A DNA stretch of 64,000 nt from Eledone cirrhosa. Taxonomy: Eukaryota. The position numbers were made by a program, and so were the translations under genes. Where the stretch lies: positions 66,774,001-66,838,000 of the forward strand of contig OZ024747.1 of assembly GCA_964016885.1 (NCBI GenBank), in the 5' to 3' direction. Below, in pieces: positions 13,641 through 27,766 of the stretch (positions are counted from its first letter, which is position 1; the number at the start of each line of letters is the position of its first letter). The notes beneath the pieces are model-generated. The model saw only the letters and a program-made list of their open reading frames with translations, did not search any database and had not been told where the DNA came from.

Positions 13641-13671
13641 CGTGTGTGTTGCGTATATGTGTGTATATGTG

Positions 13672-13759
<88 letters not shown>

Positions 13760-13760
<1 letters not shown>

Positions 13761-14459
13761 AGAAAGTGAGGTTTTTTTACAAAATGAAAAATAACCGAGG
13801 TGTCCTACACGAGTGAAAGTATAAAGAAAAAGAGATGAAATCGAAAATGCAACTGAAGTCTTATTTTTTTTTTTTTTTAAATATATATATTTATTTGGTT
13901 CCTTTACCGGTTTCGCAGTTCTTCTGCTTTTCAAGAGGTGAGTTGAGATGGAGGGTCTGTGGTTTTTCTCACATCTGGTTGGTCTCTGATCTGAATGTTA
14001 CTTGTTTTATATGGAAAAAGTGGCTCGAAATTCCAGGTTTTTCGAGAAGTAATTTGATTGGTTTGTCAATAATTATAATAAATTTCGCGCCAGTTCGCGT
14101 TACAATAGTTCTTCAAATAAGAGAGGGGGGGTTGTCACAGGTTGTTTTTTTCATATATGAGTGTTTGAATTTCTTTTTACTTGAAAAAAGGAGGCTCACG
14201 AAGGCTTTTTTTTGGTTGGTTATAAATGAAATTTGGCTGTCACGTGAACAAGTTTTTATTACATTTTTGCGCCCTTATTTGGAAAAGTATTCTGTAGTCT
14301 TTATAGTGAATGTTATGACAATGGAGAGATAGTGGTCAAGAGAAAAGGGATTGGGAGAAATGTTCTGGTTCAGTGAATATGGCCAGCTCGCCGGGGTGTC
14401 AGAGTTCAGATTTTCTATTGAGACTGAAGATATGTATGTTTATTTGTGTGCTTGTGTGT

Positions 14460-14541
<82 letters not shown>

Positions 14542-14553
14542 CATCTTCCAATA

Positions 14554-14594
<41 letters not shown>

Positions 14595-14752
14595 ACACAC
14601 AAGCACACAAATAAACATACATATCTTCAGTCTCAATAGAAAATCTGAACTCTGACACCCCGGCGAGCTGGTAAAGGAACCAAATAAATATATATATTTA
14701 AAAAAAAAAAAAAAATAAGACTTCAGTTGCATTTTCGATTTCATCTCTTTTT

Positions 14753-14757
<5 letters not shown>
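13760..14757. mobile_element. Rearranged PLE-like 3' region with an HHR and an internal inverted repeat
   Basis: Minus-strand terminal segment 13760-14540 with HHR at 13901-13938. 14382-14540 is inverted at 14552-14670, followed by a plus-strand copy of the post-HHR tail to 14757. Confidence 0.7.
13901..13938 (-). ncRNA. Minimal hammerhead ribozyme, U3:A8 variant (second copy)
   Basis: Minus strand CCTC-TTGAAAA-GCAG-AAGAA-CTGC-GAAA-CCGG-TA|AAGG, with one stem I mismatch. Confidence 0.65.
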
Positions 14758-14834
<77 letters not shown>

Positions 14835-14964
14835 GTGTGTGTATTTATATATGTGTATATATATATGTGTGTATGTATGTTTATATTTATCTGTATGTAT
14901 ATGTATATGTATATGTATATATAATTGTATATTATATGCTTCTGTTGTATTTGTGTGTGTGTGC

Positions 14965-15026
<62 letters not shown>

Positions 15027-15459
15027 GTATATATATGTGTGTGTATGTATGTATGTATGCGTGTATATATAGATTTAATGTGTGTGTGTGGGCGTGTGTA
15101 TATTTGTGCGTGTATATGTATCTTTATATAATGGTTTTGTGTGTATATATATAATAGCCTGAGAAACGGCTTGAGCTCTGCCGTGGGGTCACACTTTTTC
15201 CTATGTGTGTGTATATATATACGTATATGTGTGTGTGTATTTCTGTGGTTGTGTTTGTGTGTGTGTATGTATATATATATGTATATATATATCTATTTAT
15301 GTATATGTATGTGTGTATGTATATGCATAATTACATACAGTGATTTAATGCTTATTTTCATTGATCATTTGCTCCAGGAACTTGTTGAGTGCTCTAAATC
15401 AGCTATAAACATTTATACCCTTTTACTAATTATTTTTTTTTTATTTGTCGTATTCCCAA

Positions 15460-15562
15460 CTTTTTATTTTTATTTTTATTTTTATTTTTATTTTTATTTT
15501 TATTTTTATTTTTATTTTTATTTTTATTTTTATTTTTATTTTTATTTTTATTTTTATTTTTA

Positions 15563-15593
<31 letters not shown>

Positions 15594-15680
15594 TTTTTTT
15601 ATTTTTATTTTTATTTTTATTTTTATTTTTATTTTTATTTTTATTTTTATTTTTATTTTTATTTTTATTTTTATTTTTAT
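15460..15680. repeat. (TTTTTA)n hexanucleotide microsatellite
   Basis: Directly visible. Confidence 0.97.
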
Positions 15681-15979
15681 ATATACAATATTTAGGTTTT
15701 TTTATATATATAATATTTATGTTTTTTCTTATATATAATTATGTGTGTGTGTGTGTATGTATGTATGCATACGTATGTGTATGTATATGTGTGTGTAGGT
15801 ATATATATATGTATATGTATATATGTATATGTATATATATATTTTAGAGTTAAACAAGGTTCATATGAATACATCTAAGAATGAGTTTTACACATACATA
15901 TATGTGTGTGTTTGTATTTGTATGTATGTGTTTGTGATATGTATGCATATGTATGTGTATGTATGGAAATGTATGTATG

Positions 15980-16017
<38 letters not shown>

Positions 16018-16099
16018 GTTATTCCGGGTTGAATCGGAGGTAACCACAGTAAGTAAGGTACTCAATACTTTGCAGAGTATAAAAGTTTTAATATAGATG

Positions 16100-16150
16100 A
16101 GATTCTACAGGACTAGAACTGTTTCATTCTTTAGAAATCATCAGGAATCT
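16100..16150 (-). ncRNA. Type I hammerhead ribozyme
   Basis: Reverse complement of the 18510-18560 motif. Confidence 0.75.
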
Positions 16151-16713
16151 GGGTATCAAAAAATAAATATGGTATTTATAGGTCTCTACAAGTGGTAGGA
16201 GAGGGTGGGGAGTGGGATGGGTGTAGGTCATTGGTTGATAGAAAAGGAATTTATTAAAAGCTAATTCTACAAAGCTATAGTTTATTTTTATTAATTTTTG
16301 TTTTTAGTAACAAGGCAGACAGAATTCTATAAACAGGTTCCGGATGGCATACCATTCCTTGTCATTAAGTTTCTCTTAAGCTAACAGATGTCTATAAGAT
16401 CAGTGGGGGGTCAGTCATGGTAGATAGAATTAAAGGAAAGGGAGATTCTTTAAAAGCTAAATTCATTAAGGTTCTACCAAGTGACAAAGGTTTAGAGAAT
16501 TCTGTAGACAGATTCAAAATACTGAGTGCATATCTTACAATTATCTTCGAACTTCTCTTAAACTAATCAACTATATGCCAAAAATCAACAGACACATTCA
16601 CAAAAAAACACACTCACTCACACACTCGCTCGCAACCATAAACACACATACACATACACATATACACACATTAAAACACACACACATATATAAATATATT
16701 TATATATATATAT

Positions 16714-16766
<53 letters not shown>

Positions 16767-17070
16767 TACATATATATATACACACACACACACACACATA
16801 TATACACATATATATACACTCACACACATACATACATACACACAAATATACATGTGTATACAAATACATACATATACACATACATATATATATATACACA
16901 TATATATATATATACATATATATATAATACATACATATACACACACATATATATATATATATACATATACACACACATACACACAAACACACACACACAC
17001 ACACACATACATACACACATACACACATACATACATACATACATATACAAATATATACATATATACATAT

Positions 17071-17109
<39 letters not shown>

Positions 17110-17212
17110 TACATATACATACATACATATACACACACATATATACACACACACACATATACACATATATATACACACAGACACACACACACATACACAT
17201 GCATATATATAA

Positions 17213-17249
<37 letters not shown>

Positions 17250-17406
17250 TACACATACATACACAGACATATACATAAATATACACATATATACAAACAT
17301 ATATACGCATATATACACACATATATACATATATATATATAGATACACGCATACACACATACACACACACACACACAAATATATATACACACACTCTCTC
17401 TCACGC

Positions 17407-17481
<75 letters not shown>

Positions 17482-17484
17482 CAC

Positions 17485-17519
<35 letters not shown>

Positions 17520-18509
17520 CACACCTGCACACACACACATATATATATATATACACACACACACATACACACATACACATATATATATATATACATATAT
17601 ACATACATACACATACACATATATACACATATATATATATATATATATATACATATATATACATATATATACATACATAAATATACACACATAAAACACA
17701 TATACACACATAGATATATATATATACATACACATACATATACACACATACACACAAATATATACACATACAAATAAATAAGTACTCAATAAATATACGC
17801 ATATACGCAGGCACATAAAAACACCTCTACAGGCGGAAAATGTAGATAGGAAAGAGGTACTCACATAACGATAGTGGCCGTATTTCCGGTTGAGGAGGGG
17901 TGGGGTTAGGGTGGGAAGGAGGTATAGGGGCCAATAGGGGGAGGTCGTTTTTAGCCATCGGGCTTAAACACCGGCTTAAAGTGTTTGAAAGTTGCAAAGT
18001 TCTTGTGCATGCAGTTCGGGCAGTGTTCAGAGAGTTTGTTCAGTAGCGGGCCCATGGCGAATAAAATTTCGTAGCTCTCTGAAATACAAAGGTCGCAGCC
18101 CTTGTGTCCTCCGTTGTAAGAGGGCGCTTTCTGGAGTATTAGCCATTTAAGCGTGAAGGGGGTGGAGTTCCTTTTGAGGTCCCAAACGTAGGAGGCGAGT
18201 GTTGTCTGATTTGATTTGTCCAGTCTTCTGAAGGAGTGGGTATGGGCATACCAACGGGTCTTAAAGTTGTTGGAGGTCATGCCGATGTAAGTTTTTTTGC
18301 AATCCTCGGTGCCTGAGATGACATCGCATTTGTATACGATATCATTTGTGAGGCATTTGTTTTCAAAAATAAAAATAAACTATAGCTTTGTAGAATTAGC
18401 TTTTAATGAATTCCTTTTCTATCAACCAATGACCTACACCCATCCCACTCCCCACCCTCTCCTACCACTTGTAGAGACCTATAAATACCATATTTATTTT
18501 TTGATACCC

Positions 18510-18560
18510 AGATTCCTGATGATTTCTAAAGAATGAAACAGTTCTAGTCCTGTAGAATCT
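18510..18560 (+). ncRNA. Type I hammerhead ribozyme
   Basis: AGATTC-CTGATGA-TTTCTAAAGAAT-GAAA-CAG-TTCTAGTC-CTG-TA|GAATCT: 6-bp stem I, stem III CAG/CTG, GUA cleavage; stem II is closed by a non-canonical U-U. Confidence 0.75.
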
Positions 18561-18572
18561 CATCTATATTAA

Positions 18573-18658
<86 letters not shown>

Positions 18659-18866
18659 TAAGTTAATTTTTAAAAAAAAATTTTTTTTTAAATTTTCTTA
18701 TTTTACGTCTTTTATATTATTGTTCTGCATTCTCCTGCATCGAACCACCTAGGTACTATGACATAACCTGTGTATTTGCTGGCATTGGCGTACATCTGTG
18801 CGCTTATGTTAGTAGATATATTAAATTATCTCTATATATATATATATATATATATATAGATAATAC

Positions 18867-19785
<919 letters not shown>

Positions 19786-19887
19786 ATATGTATGTATATG
19801 TGTGTGTATGTATTTATATGTGTATGCGTATGTATGTGTATATGTATTTGTATATGTATGTGTATGTGTGAGAGTGTGTGTATGTGT

Positions 19888-20842
19888 ATGGAGCGTTTCC
19901 ATCAGATGTGTCTCAGACGGATCCATGGCGTTCACTGGAGGGACCACATCAGTGATGTCGAGATTTTGGAAAGCTCTATGTGTGACAGTATAGAAGCTCT
20001 TGTGCTTAAGCAACGACTCCGTTGGAGTGGTCACCTTGCCAGGATGAAGGATTCTAGAATACCAAAACAACTCTTTTATGGAGAGTTGGTTAAAGGAAAA
20101 CGACCGCCACATAAGCCAAAAAAGAGGTATAAGGATTCCTTGAAAGCCTCTCTGAAAGACGCTAACATCTCTCCTGATACATGGGAGAATATTGCTGCTG
20201 ATCGTAATAAATGGAGAAAGACTGTATATGAGGGAAAAGTTGCCTTTGAGGCATCTCGAATCGCATACGAGAAAGTAAAGCGGGATGTGAGGAAGGGCAT
20301 TGCTGTTGCACTTCCAGACGGCGAGGGTCCTCCTATGGTGCTGACATGCAGCGTATGTGCGAGACTCTGCCTAAGCAAAGCTGGACTCGAAAGTCATCTT
20401 CGCAGTCATAAAGTAAGACCAGTGGTTGACTACCAGGCTGCTGTTGGAGATGCTACTCATCATGCTTGCCAAACATGTGGTAGAGAATGTAAATCAGCAG
20501 AAGCGCTCAAGCGACATGCAAAAGTACACGAACTCCAACCACAGCCGACTATTCCCAGTAAATGTTTTGGATGCCGACTCTGTGCAACACATTTTAGATC
20601 ATTGGCTGGGATAAAAAGCCACATTCGATCGCAGCGCTGTTAGTTGCTATCGTGTGTGTGTGTGTGTGTAGATATGCTTATGTGTGTGCGTGTGTGTGTA
20701 TATATATATGTATATGTATATTATTATTGTTGTTGTCGTTATTATTATTGTTGTTATTATTATTATTATTATTATTGTTATTAATGTATGTGTGTGTGTA
20801 TATGTGTGTGTATGTGTGTGTGTGTGTGTGTGTATATGTATG

Positions 20843-20889
<47 letters not shown>

Positions 20890-21001
20890 TAATTTTATTT
20901 ATTTATGTATTTTTTTTTTTATTTATTTATTATTATTATTTTTTTTTTCTTTCTCCTCGTGCAATGGCCATACTCGATAACGAGGGGGCAGCCATCATCA
21001 T
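19888..21001 (+). mobile_element. 5'-truncated RTE-clade LINE: ORF C-terminus with three C2H2-like zinc fingers (to 20643) and 3' UTR
   Basis: [60 protein letters not shown]...AADRNKWR is the RTE C-terminal signature; 3' stem-loop CTCG-ATAA-CGAG. Confidence 0.9.
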
Positions 21002-21316
21002 GTGTATGTATATATGTATGTATATGTATGTGTGTATATATATATATATGTGTGTATATATATGTATGTGTGTGTATTATGTATATATATGTTTATGTAT
21101 ATATTTATATGCATGTATATGTGTGTGTGTGTGTGTATGCACGTTTGTGTATTTGTATGTATGTGTATGTATGGATATGTTGATAATTATGTGTGTATGT
21201 ATGTATGTGTATATGTATGTGTATGTATATATATACACATATATATATATATGTGTGTGTATGTATATGCGTTGTGTGTATGTATGTGTGTATGTATATA
21301 TATGTGTATGTATATA

Positions 21317-21367
<51 letters not shown>

Positions 21368-21375
21368 ATGTGTGT

Positions 21376-21618
21376 TTATTTTTCCTTTCCTTCTTCCTTT
21401 TCCTGCTTCACTTTCATATAGATTATATTTTTGTTTTTAAAATCCAATGCGCATAAATACACCAGGATTTTTTCATTCTGATGATTGAAATCAAAATTTG
21501 TTTGCTTTTTAGAAACCACTGGTAAATGTAATAATTGCCTTATGTTGTTTATTACATAACTATATATATATATAAAAAATAAACATATACATTGTTGCAC
21601 AAAAATATGTATATTCAA

Positions 21619-21625
<7 letters not shown>
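21376..21625 (+). mobile_element. PLE pLTR fragment with an HHR (21474-21528), related to the 26820-27022 terminus
   Basis: CATT-CTGATGA-TTGAAATC...TTTTTA-GAAA-CCACTGG-TA|AATG; surrounding sequence is homologous to 26820-27015. Confidence 0.75.
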
Positions 21626-21674
<49 letters not shown>

Positions 21675-21978
21675 ATTATGTAATAAACAACATAAGGCAA
21701 TTATTCCATTTACCAGTGGTTTCTTAAAAGCAAAAGGTTTTGCTTTCAATCCTCAGAATGAAAAATCCTGGTTTGTTTATTGAATATGGATTCTAAAAAC
21801 GAAAATGCAATCTATATGAAAGTGAGGCTGGAAAAGGGAGAAGGAAAGGAAAAATAAAATAAAATAAAACTACACATGCAAACACACACAAAAAAACCCA
21901 AAAGCATACTTACACACACACACATATATACACATATAATTTGCACGCATACACATATACACATACACATACATATAC

Positions 21979-22027
<49 letters not shown>

Positions 22028-22128
22028 CACATACATACACATATATATATATAAAGAGCGTACACCTACACACACATACACATATATATACACACATATA
22101 CACATACATATATTCATACATACACACG

Positions 22129-22164
<36 letters not shown>

Positions 22165-22188
22165 CATATACATACACATGTACATATC

Positions 22189-22244
<56 letters not shown>

Positions 22245-22691
22245 CATATACACACATATACACATATACATACACACACACACACATGTGTGTGTACAAG
22301 CCTACACATACACACACACATATATATACACACACATATATACATACATTCACACAAACATACAACGTACATACATACATACACATACATGAATGCACTC
22401 CACTACATATTAACACACGCAAATAAATATAAGAAAAAAATATATAAATAATATTAACAAATATTTGACAGCGATACATGCCCCAGCTAACAGGACAGAC
22501 ACGCGTGGTAAGTAATACACACATAAGCGCATATACATACGTTCGAAATAGTAAACACATACACACACTCTCACACAAAAATATACATATACAAATACAT
22601 AAACACGTACATACACATACATACGCAAACACGTACACGTATACAATATAAACACACACATGTATATGTAATTATATACACACACACACAC

Positions 22692-22734
<43 letters not shown>

Positions 22735-23014
22735 CAAAATATAAAAATATAAACGCACACACACATATAAATACGTAAACACACATATACATACATAGCT
22801 AAACAATTATACACATGCAAATACGTATATATCAAAAGAACGCACAACCAAATACAAACACACACACATATATACACACACACACACCCACACACAAACC
22901 CACACATACATAAAAATAAATAAAAACACACGCAACATATACATACATACACATACATATACATATATACATACATACATATACATATATATATATACAC
23001 ATACATATACACAA

Positions 23015-23046
<32 letters not shown>

Positions 23047-23750
23047 ACGTACACATACACACATGCATACACATACACACACACATATACATGTGTGTAT
23101 GTGTAAAGCTCAGTATTAGATAAGACAAATGAACCTTACATAAACGTATATATAGTAGTAAAGTAATAAAGCCATACAAGGCAATTAATCCATTCACCAG
23201 AGGTTTCTTAAAAGCAAAAAAAGGTTTCCTTCAATCTTCAGAATGAAATATACAAATATATACACACATACAGACACGCACACACACATATATATATATA
23301 CATATATATATATATATGTACATATATATATATATATATATACAGACATATATACATACACACATATATACACACACATACACACACATACATACATACA
23401 CATATATATACATACACAAACATACACGTACACATATACATATATACACACAAAAATACATACACATACACATAGGTATGTGAAGGGCAAAACAAAAAGA
23501 ATATATGGGGTGGGGGGCCTAGAGGAGGTAAAAATATAAAGGGAGGTAAGGGAGAAAAAAATATTTTTTAAAAACAAGAGTACAGAAGGTAGAAGCAGCA
23601 AAATAAAAGCCGTAGCAAAAGTAAAGAGCAGAGAAGGAGTTCAAGGCGGTTGATTTATCGTAGGAGTGTCAATCCAGTTACAGATCAGATGCGATTTCAG
23701 ATGAGGACAGCATCTGAAGATCTCAGACCCTTCATTAAGATCTGAAGACC

Positions 23751-25065
23751 CTTCATTAATATCTCCAAATTAGAAGAGGACATTATCTTTCATGCCAGAA
23801 AAACTTTACTTTTTACTAATGATAAGATTTGGGTTAAAAAGTCAAACCCTGAAAACTCTTTCGATGTTGCAATGGGTTCTTATGACAGTGCGGATGTGTG
23901 CGACTTAGTAGGATTATTCCTTCTCCACACACTCAAAGAGAAATTTCCGTCCCATAATATCGGTTTATACCGTGATGACGGATTAGCAGTTTCTCATACC
24001 ACCAATGGCCATAATCTTGATAAATTCCGTAAAGATTTAATTAGTACCTTTGCTAATCTTAACCTTAAAATTACTATAGATACGAACCTTACTAATGCTA
24101 ACTTTCTTGATATTAATCTTGATCTACTTACTGCCTCTTTTAAACCCTATCATAAACCTAATGAAAATCTTAGGTATATACACAAAGAGTCTTGCCATCC
24201 CCCTATAGTTTTTAATAATCTTATTCCTAACATTAGCCGTAGGATTTCTACTTTATCTTCGTCTATAGACATTTTTAATAAAGCCGCCCCTTATTATAAT
24301 AAAGCCCTTAAGAACAGCGGTTTTACAGAAAATATTTCTTATTTACCTATTCCCCCCCCTAAAACTAACCATAATAACAGGAAAAGGAAGATTATTTGGT
24401 TCACACCCCCCTTCTCTCTAAATGTCAAAACTAATGTAGGAAGGAAATTCCTTGAACTATTAGACAAACATTTTCCTCCTATTCATAGATATTATAAGAT
24501 TTTTAATAGGAATGTAGTTAAGATCAGCTACTCTTGTTGTCCATCCATGAAATCCAAAATCACCAGTTCAAACCGTACGAGGATAAATCCAGGATGCAGT
24601 TGCAGGAAGCCGGATGAATGCCCATTGCAGGGTAAATGTAAAACAAAATCTGTCGTTTATGAGGCTAAAATAACGCCAGTTATCAACAACCAGCCAGCCA
24701 GAAGCGAGCGATATGTCGGTATGACCCAGGACAGGTTTAAAACCAGATTTTACTCACATGTCGCTTCTTTTAAACACTCAGATAAACGAACATCAACGGC
24801 CCTCGCAAGTAAGGTATGGGATCTCAAGGATAGTAATATCCCGTACTCTATTGATTGGTCTATATTAGACCATTCGAGGGAGTACCAAAGGGGCACAAAG
24901 AATTGTTCTTTGTGTACCACAGAAAAGTATAGGATTTTGCTAAACTTGAGAGACACTTCCGCTTGCCTTAACTCTAAGACTGAGATCTTCAGATGCTGTC
25001 CTCATCTGAAATCGCATCTGATCTGTAACTGGATTGACACTCCTACGATAAATCAACCGCCTTGA
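23751..25065 (+). CDS. PLE reverse transcriptase (C-terminal part) + GIY-YIG endonuclease, 5'-truncated but uninterrupted
   Basis: The frame is open upstream of Met 23872 (FHARKTLLF..WVKK..FDVAMGSYD). Motifs: GLYRDDGL, FLDI, IIWFTPPFS..KTNVGRKFL, CSCR..CPLQGKC, VVYEA..YVGMT..FKTRFYSH, CSLCTTEK. Confidence 0.92.
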
Positions 25066-25460
25066 ACTCCTTCTCTGCTCTTTACTTTTGCTACGGCTTT
25101 TATTTTGCTGCTTCTACCTTCTGTACTCTTGTTTTTAAAAAATATTTTTTTCTCCCTTACCTCCCTTTATATTTTTACCTCCTCTAGGCCCCCCACCCCA
25201 TATATTCTTTTTGTTTTGCCCTTCACATACCTATGTGTATGTGTATGTATTTTTGTGTGTATATATGTATATGTGTACGTGTATGTTTGTGTATGTATAT
25301 ATATGTGTATGTATGTATGTGTGTGTATGTGTGTGTATATATGTGTGTATGTATATATGTCTGTATATATATATATATATATATGTACATATATATATAT
25401 ATATGTATATATATATATGTGTGTGTGCGTGTCTGTATGTGTGTATATATTTGTATATTT

Positions 25461-25515
25461 CATTCTGAAGATTGAAGGAAACCTTTTTTTGCTTTTAAGA
25501 AACTTCTGGTGAATG
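25461..25515 (+). ncRNA. Degenerate hammerhead ribozyme (mirror copy at 23191-23245, minus strand)
   Basis: CATT-CTGAAGA-..-GAAA-CTTCTGG-TG-AATG; the cleavage triplet is GUG, so it is probably inactive. Confidence 0.6.
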
Positions 25516-25659
25516 GATTAATTGCCTTGTATGGCTTTATTACTTTACTACTATATATACGTTTATGTAAGGTTCATTTGTCTTATCTAATACTGAGCTT
25601 TACACATACACACATGTATATGTGTGTGTGTATGTGTATGCATGTGTGTATGTGTACGT

Positions 25660-25691
<32 letters not shown>

Positions 25692-25971
25692 TTGTGTATA
25701 TGTATGTGTATATATATATATGTATATGTATGTATGTATATATGTATATGTATGTGTATGTATGTATATGTTGCGTGTGTTTTTATTTATTTTTATGTAT
25801 GTGTGGGTTTGTGTGTGGGTGTGTGTGTGTGTATATATGTGTGTGTGTTTGTATTTGGTTGTGCGTTCTTTTGATATATACGTATTTGCATGTGTATAAT
25901 TGTTTAGCTATGTATGTATATGTGTGTTTACGTATTTATATGTGTGTGTGCGTTTATATTTTTATATTTTG

Positions 25972-26014
<43 letters not shown>

Positions 26015-26461
26015 GTGTGTGTGTGTGTATATAATTACATATACATGTGTGTGTTTATATTGTATACGTGTACGTGTTTGCGTATGTATGTGTATGTACG
26101 TGTTTATGTATTTGTATATGTATATTTTTGTGTGAGAGTGTGTGTATGTGTTTACTATTTCGAACGTATGTATATGCGCTTATGTGTGTATTACTTACCA
26201 CGCGTGTCTGTCCTGTTAGCTGGGGCATGTATCGCTGTCAAATATTTGTTAATATTATTTATATATTTTTTTCTTATATTTATTTGCGTGTGTTAATATG
26301 TAGTGGAGTGCATTCATGTATGTGTATGTATGTATGTACGTTGTATGTTTGTGTGAATGTATGTATATATGTGTGTGTATATATATGTGTGTGTGTATGT
26401 GTAGGCTTGTACACACACATGTGTGTGTGTGTGTATGTATATGTGTATATGTGTGTATATG

Positions 26462-26505
<44 letters not shown>

Positions 26506-26529
26506 GATATGTACATGTGTATGTATATG

Positions 26530-26565
<36 letters not shown>

Positions 26566-26666
26566 CGTGTGTATGTATGAATATATGTATGTGTATATGT
26601 GTGTATATATATGTGTATGTGTGTGTAGGTGTACGCTCTTTATATATATATATGTGTATGTATGTG

Positions 26667-26713
<47 letters not shown>

Positions 26714-26931
26714 GTATATGTATGTGTATGTGTATATGTGTATGCGTGCAAATTATATGTGTATATATGTGTGTGTGTGTAAGTATGCTTTTGGGTTTTT
26801 TTGTGTGTGTTTGCATGTGTAGTTTTATTTTATTTTATTTTTCCTTTCCTTCTCCCTTTTCCAGCCTCACTTTCATATAGATTGAATTTTCGTTTTTAGA
26901 ATCCATATTCAATAAACAAACCAGGATTTTT

Positions 26932-26985
26932 CATTCTGAGGATTGAAAGCAAAACCTTTTGCTTTTAAGAAACCACTGGTAAATG
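26932..26985 (+). ncRNA. Type I hammerhead ribozyme (mirror copy at 21707-21760, minus strand)
   Basis: CATT-CTGAGGA-TTGAAAGCAAAA-CC-TTTTGCTTTTAA-GAAA-CCACTGG-TA|AATG. Confidence 0.8.
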
Positions 26986-27086
26986 GAATAATTGCCTTAT
27001 GTTGTTTATTACATAATAATAATAATTAAGCTCTGTTGCTTACATAGAGCACTCTTTTTTCCTGGACTTTTCCGATGGAATTACTT

Positions 27087-27162
<76 letters not shown>

Positions 27163-27163
<1 letters not shown>

Positions 27164-27350
27164 GTTATTCCGGGTTGAATCAGAGGTAACCACAGTAAGT
27201 AAGGTACTCAATAGATAGCAGAGTATAAACGTTTTAATATAGAAGACCTTCTACAGGACTAGAACTATTTCATTCGTCAGAAATCATCAGGAAGACCTGA
27301 TGATTTCTCACAAATGAAACAGTTTTAATCCTGTAGAAGCTCTTCTTATA
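27163..27350. mobile_element. Fold-back pLTR of the 16013-18575 family with two back-to-back degenerate HHRs
   Basis: ...GAAATCATCAGG-AAGA-CCTGATGATTTC...; arms are homologous to 16013-16150. Confidence 0.75.
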
Positions 27351-27714
27351 TATATATATATATTTATAAGGATTATCTCCCTTTCAAACCCTTTCTAATA
27401 TTTAAGATACATTCTGACTAGAACCTCCCCAAAATGGTTAATAGAAGATACATGCGATTTTTTTCCCAATATCATTTTTGTTTCTTTGTCTTCTTACTTT
27501 TCCCTATATTTTTATTTCTTTTTTTTTTATTTCCCATTCTATATTTTGATGTAGGAGTAACGTTCGAAACGTTAAGACATTTTTCTGATTATATCAAGTG
27601 CTAAACTAATATATCTTCATTAGACTATATTATTTTGTTGTGTTGTATTCCGTTTACTTTTTGCATAATCATGCGCGCACGCATACGCACACACACACAC
27701 ATATATATATGTGC

Positions 27715-27766
<52 letters not shown>

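Larger units (their letters stand above)
16013..18575 (-). mobile_element. 5'-truncated PLE (GIY-YIG fragment 17951-18360) with an inverted pLTR at its 5' end
   Basis: Minus strand KTYIGMTSNNFKTRWYAHTHSF..TTLASYVWDLK..CDLCISE. 16085-16290 is the reverse complement of 18365-18575. There is an HHR in both arms, and both ends lie in (TA)n. Confidence 0.85.
21670..27022 (+). mobile_element. Young PLE insertion: ~2.05 kb inverted arms (21670-23726 and 24980-27022) around a truncated RT/GIY-YIG ORF
   Basis: The arms are reverse complements apart from (TA)n lengths and a few substitutions; the ORF track is mirror-identical (e.g. 23194-23601 minus vs 25105-25512 plus). Confidence 0.92.

Noticed and set aside
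14727-17864. Long ORFs of YI/CV/HT repeats here and throughout the window
   Set aside because: They are translations of (TA)n, (TG)n and (TATG)n microsatellites that lack stop codons; no protein signal.
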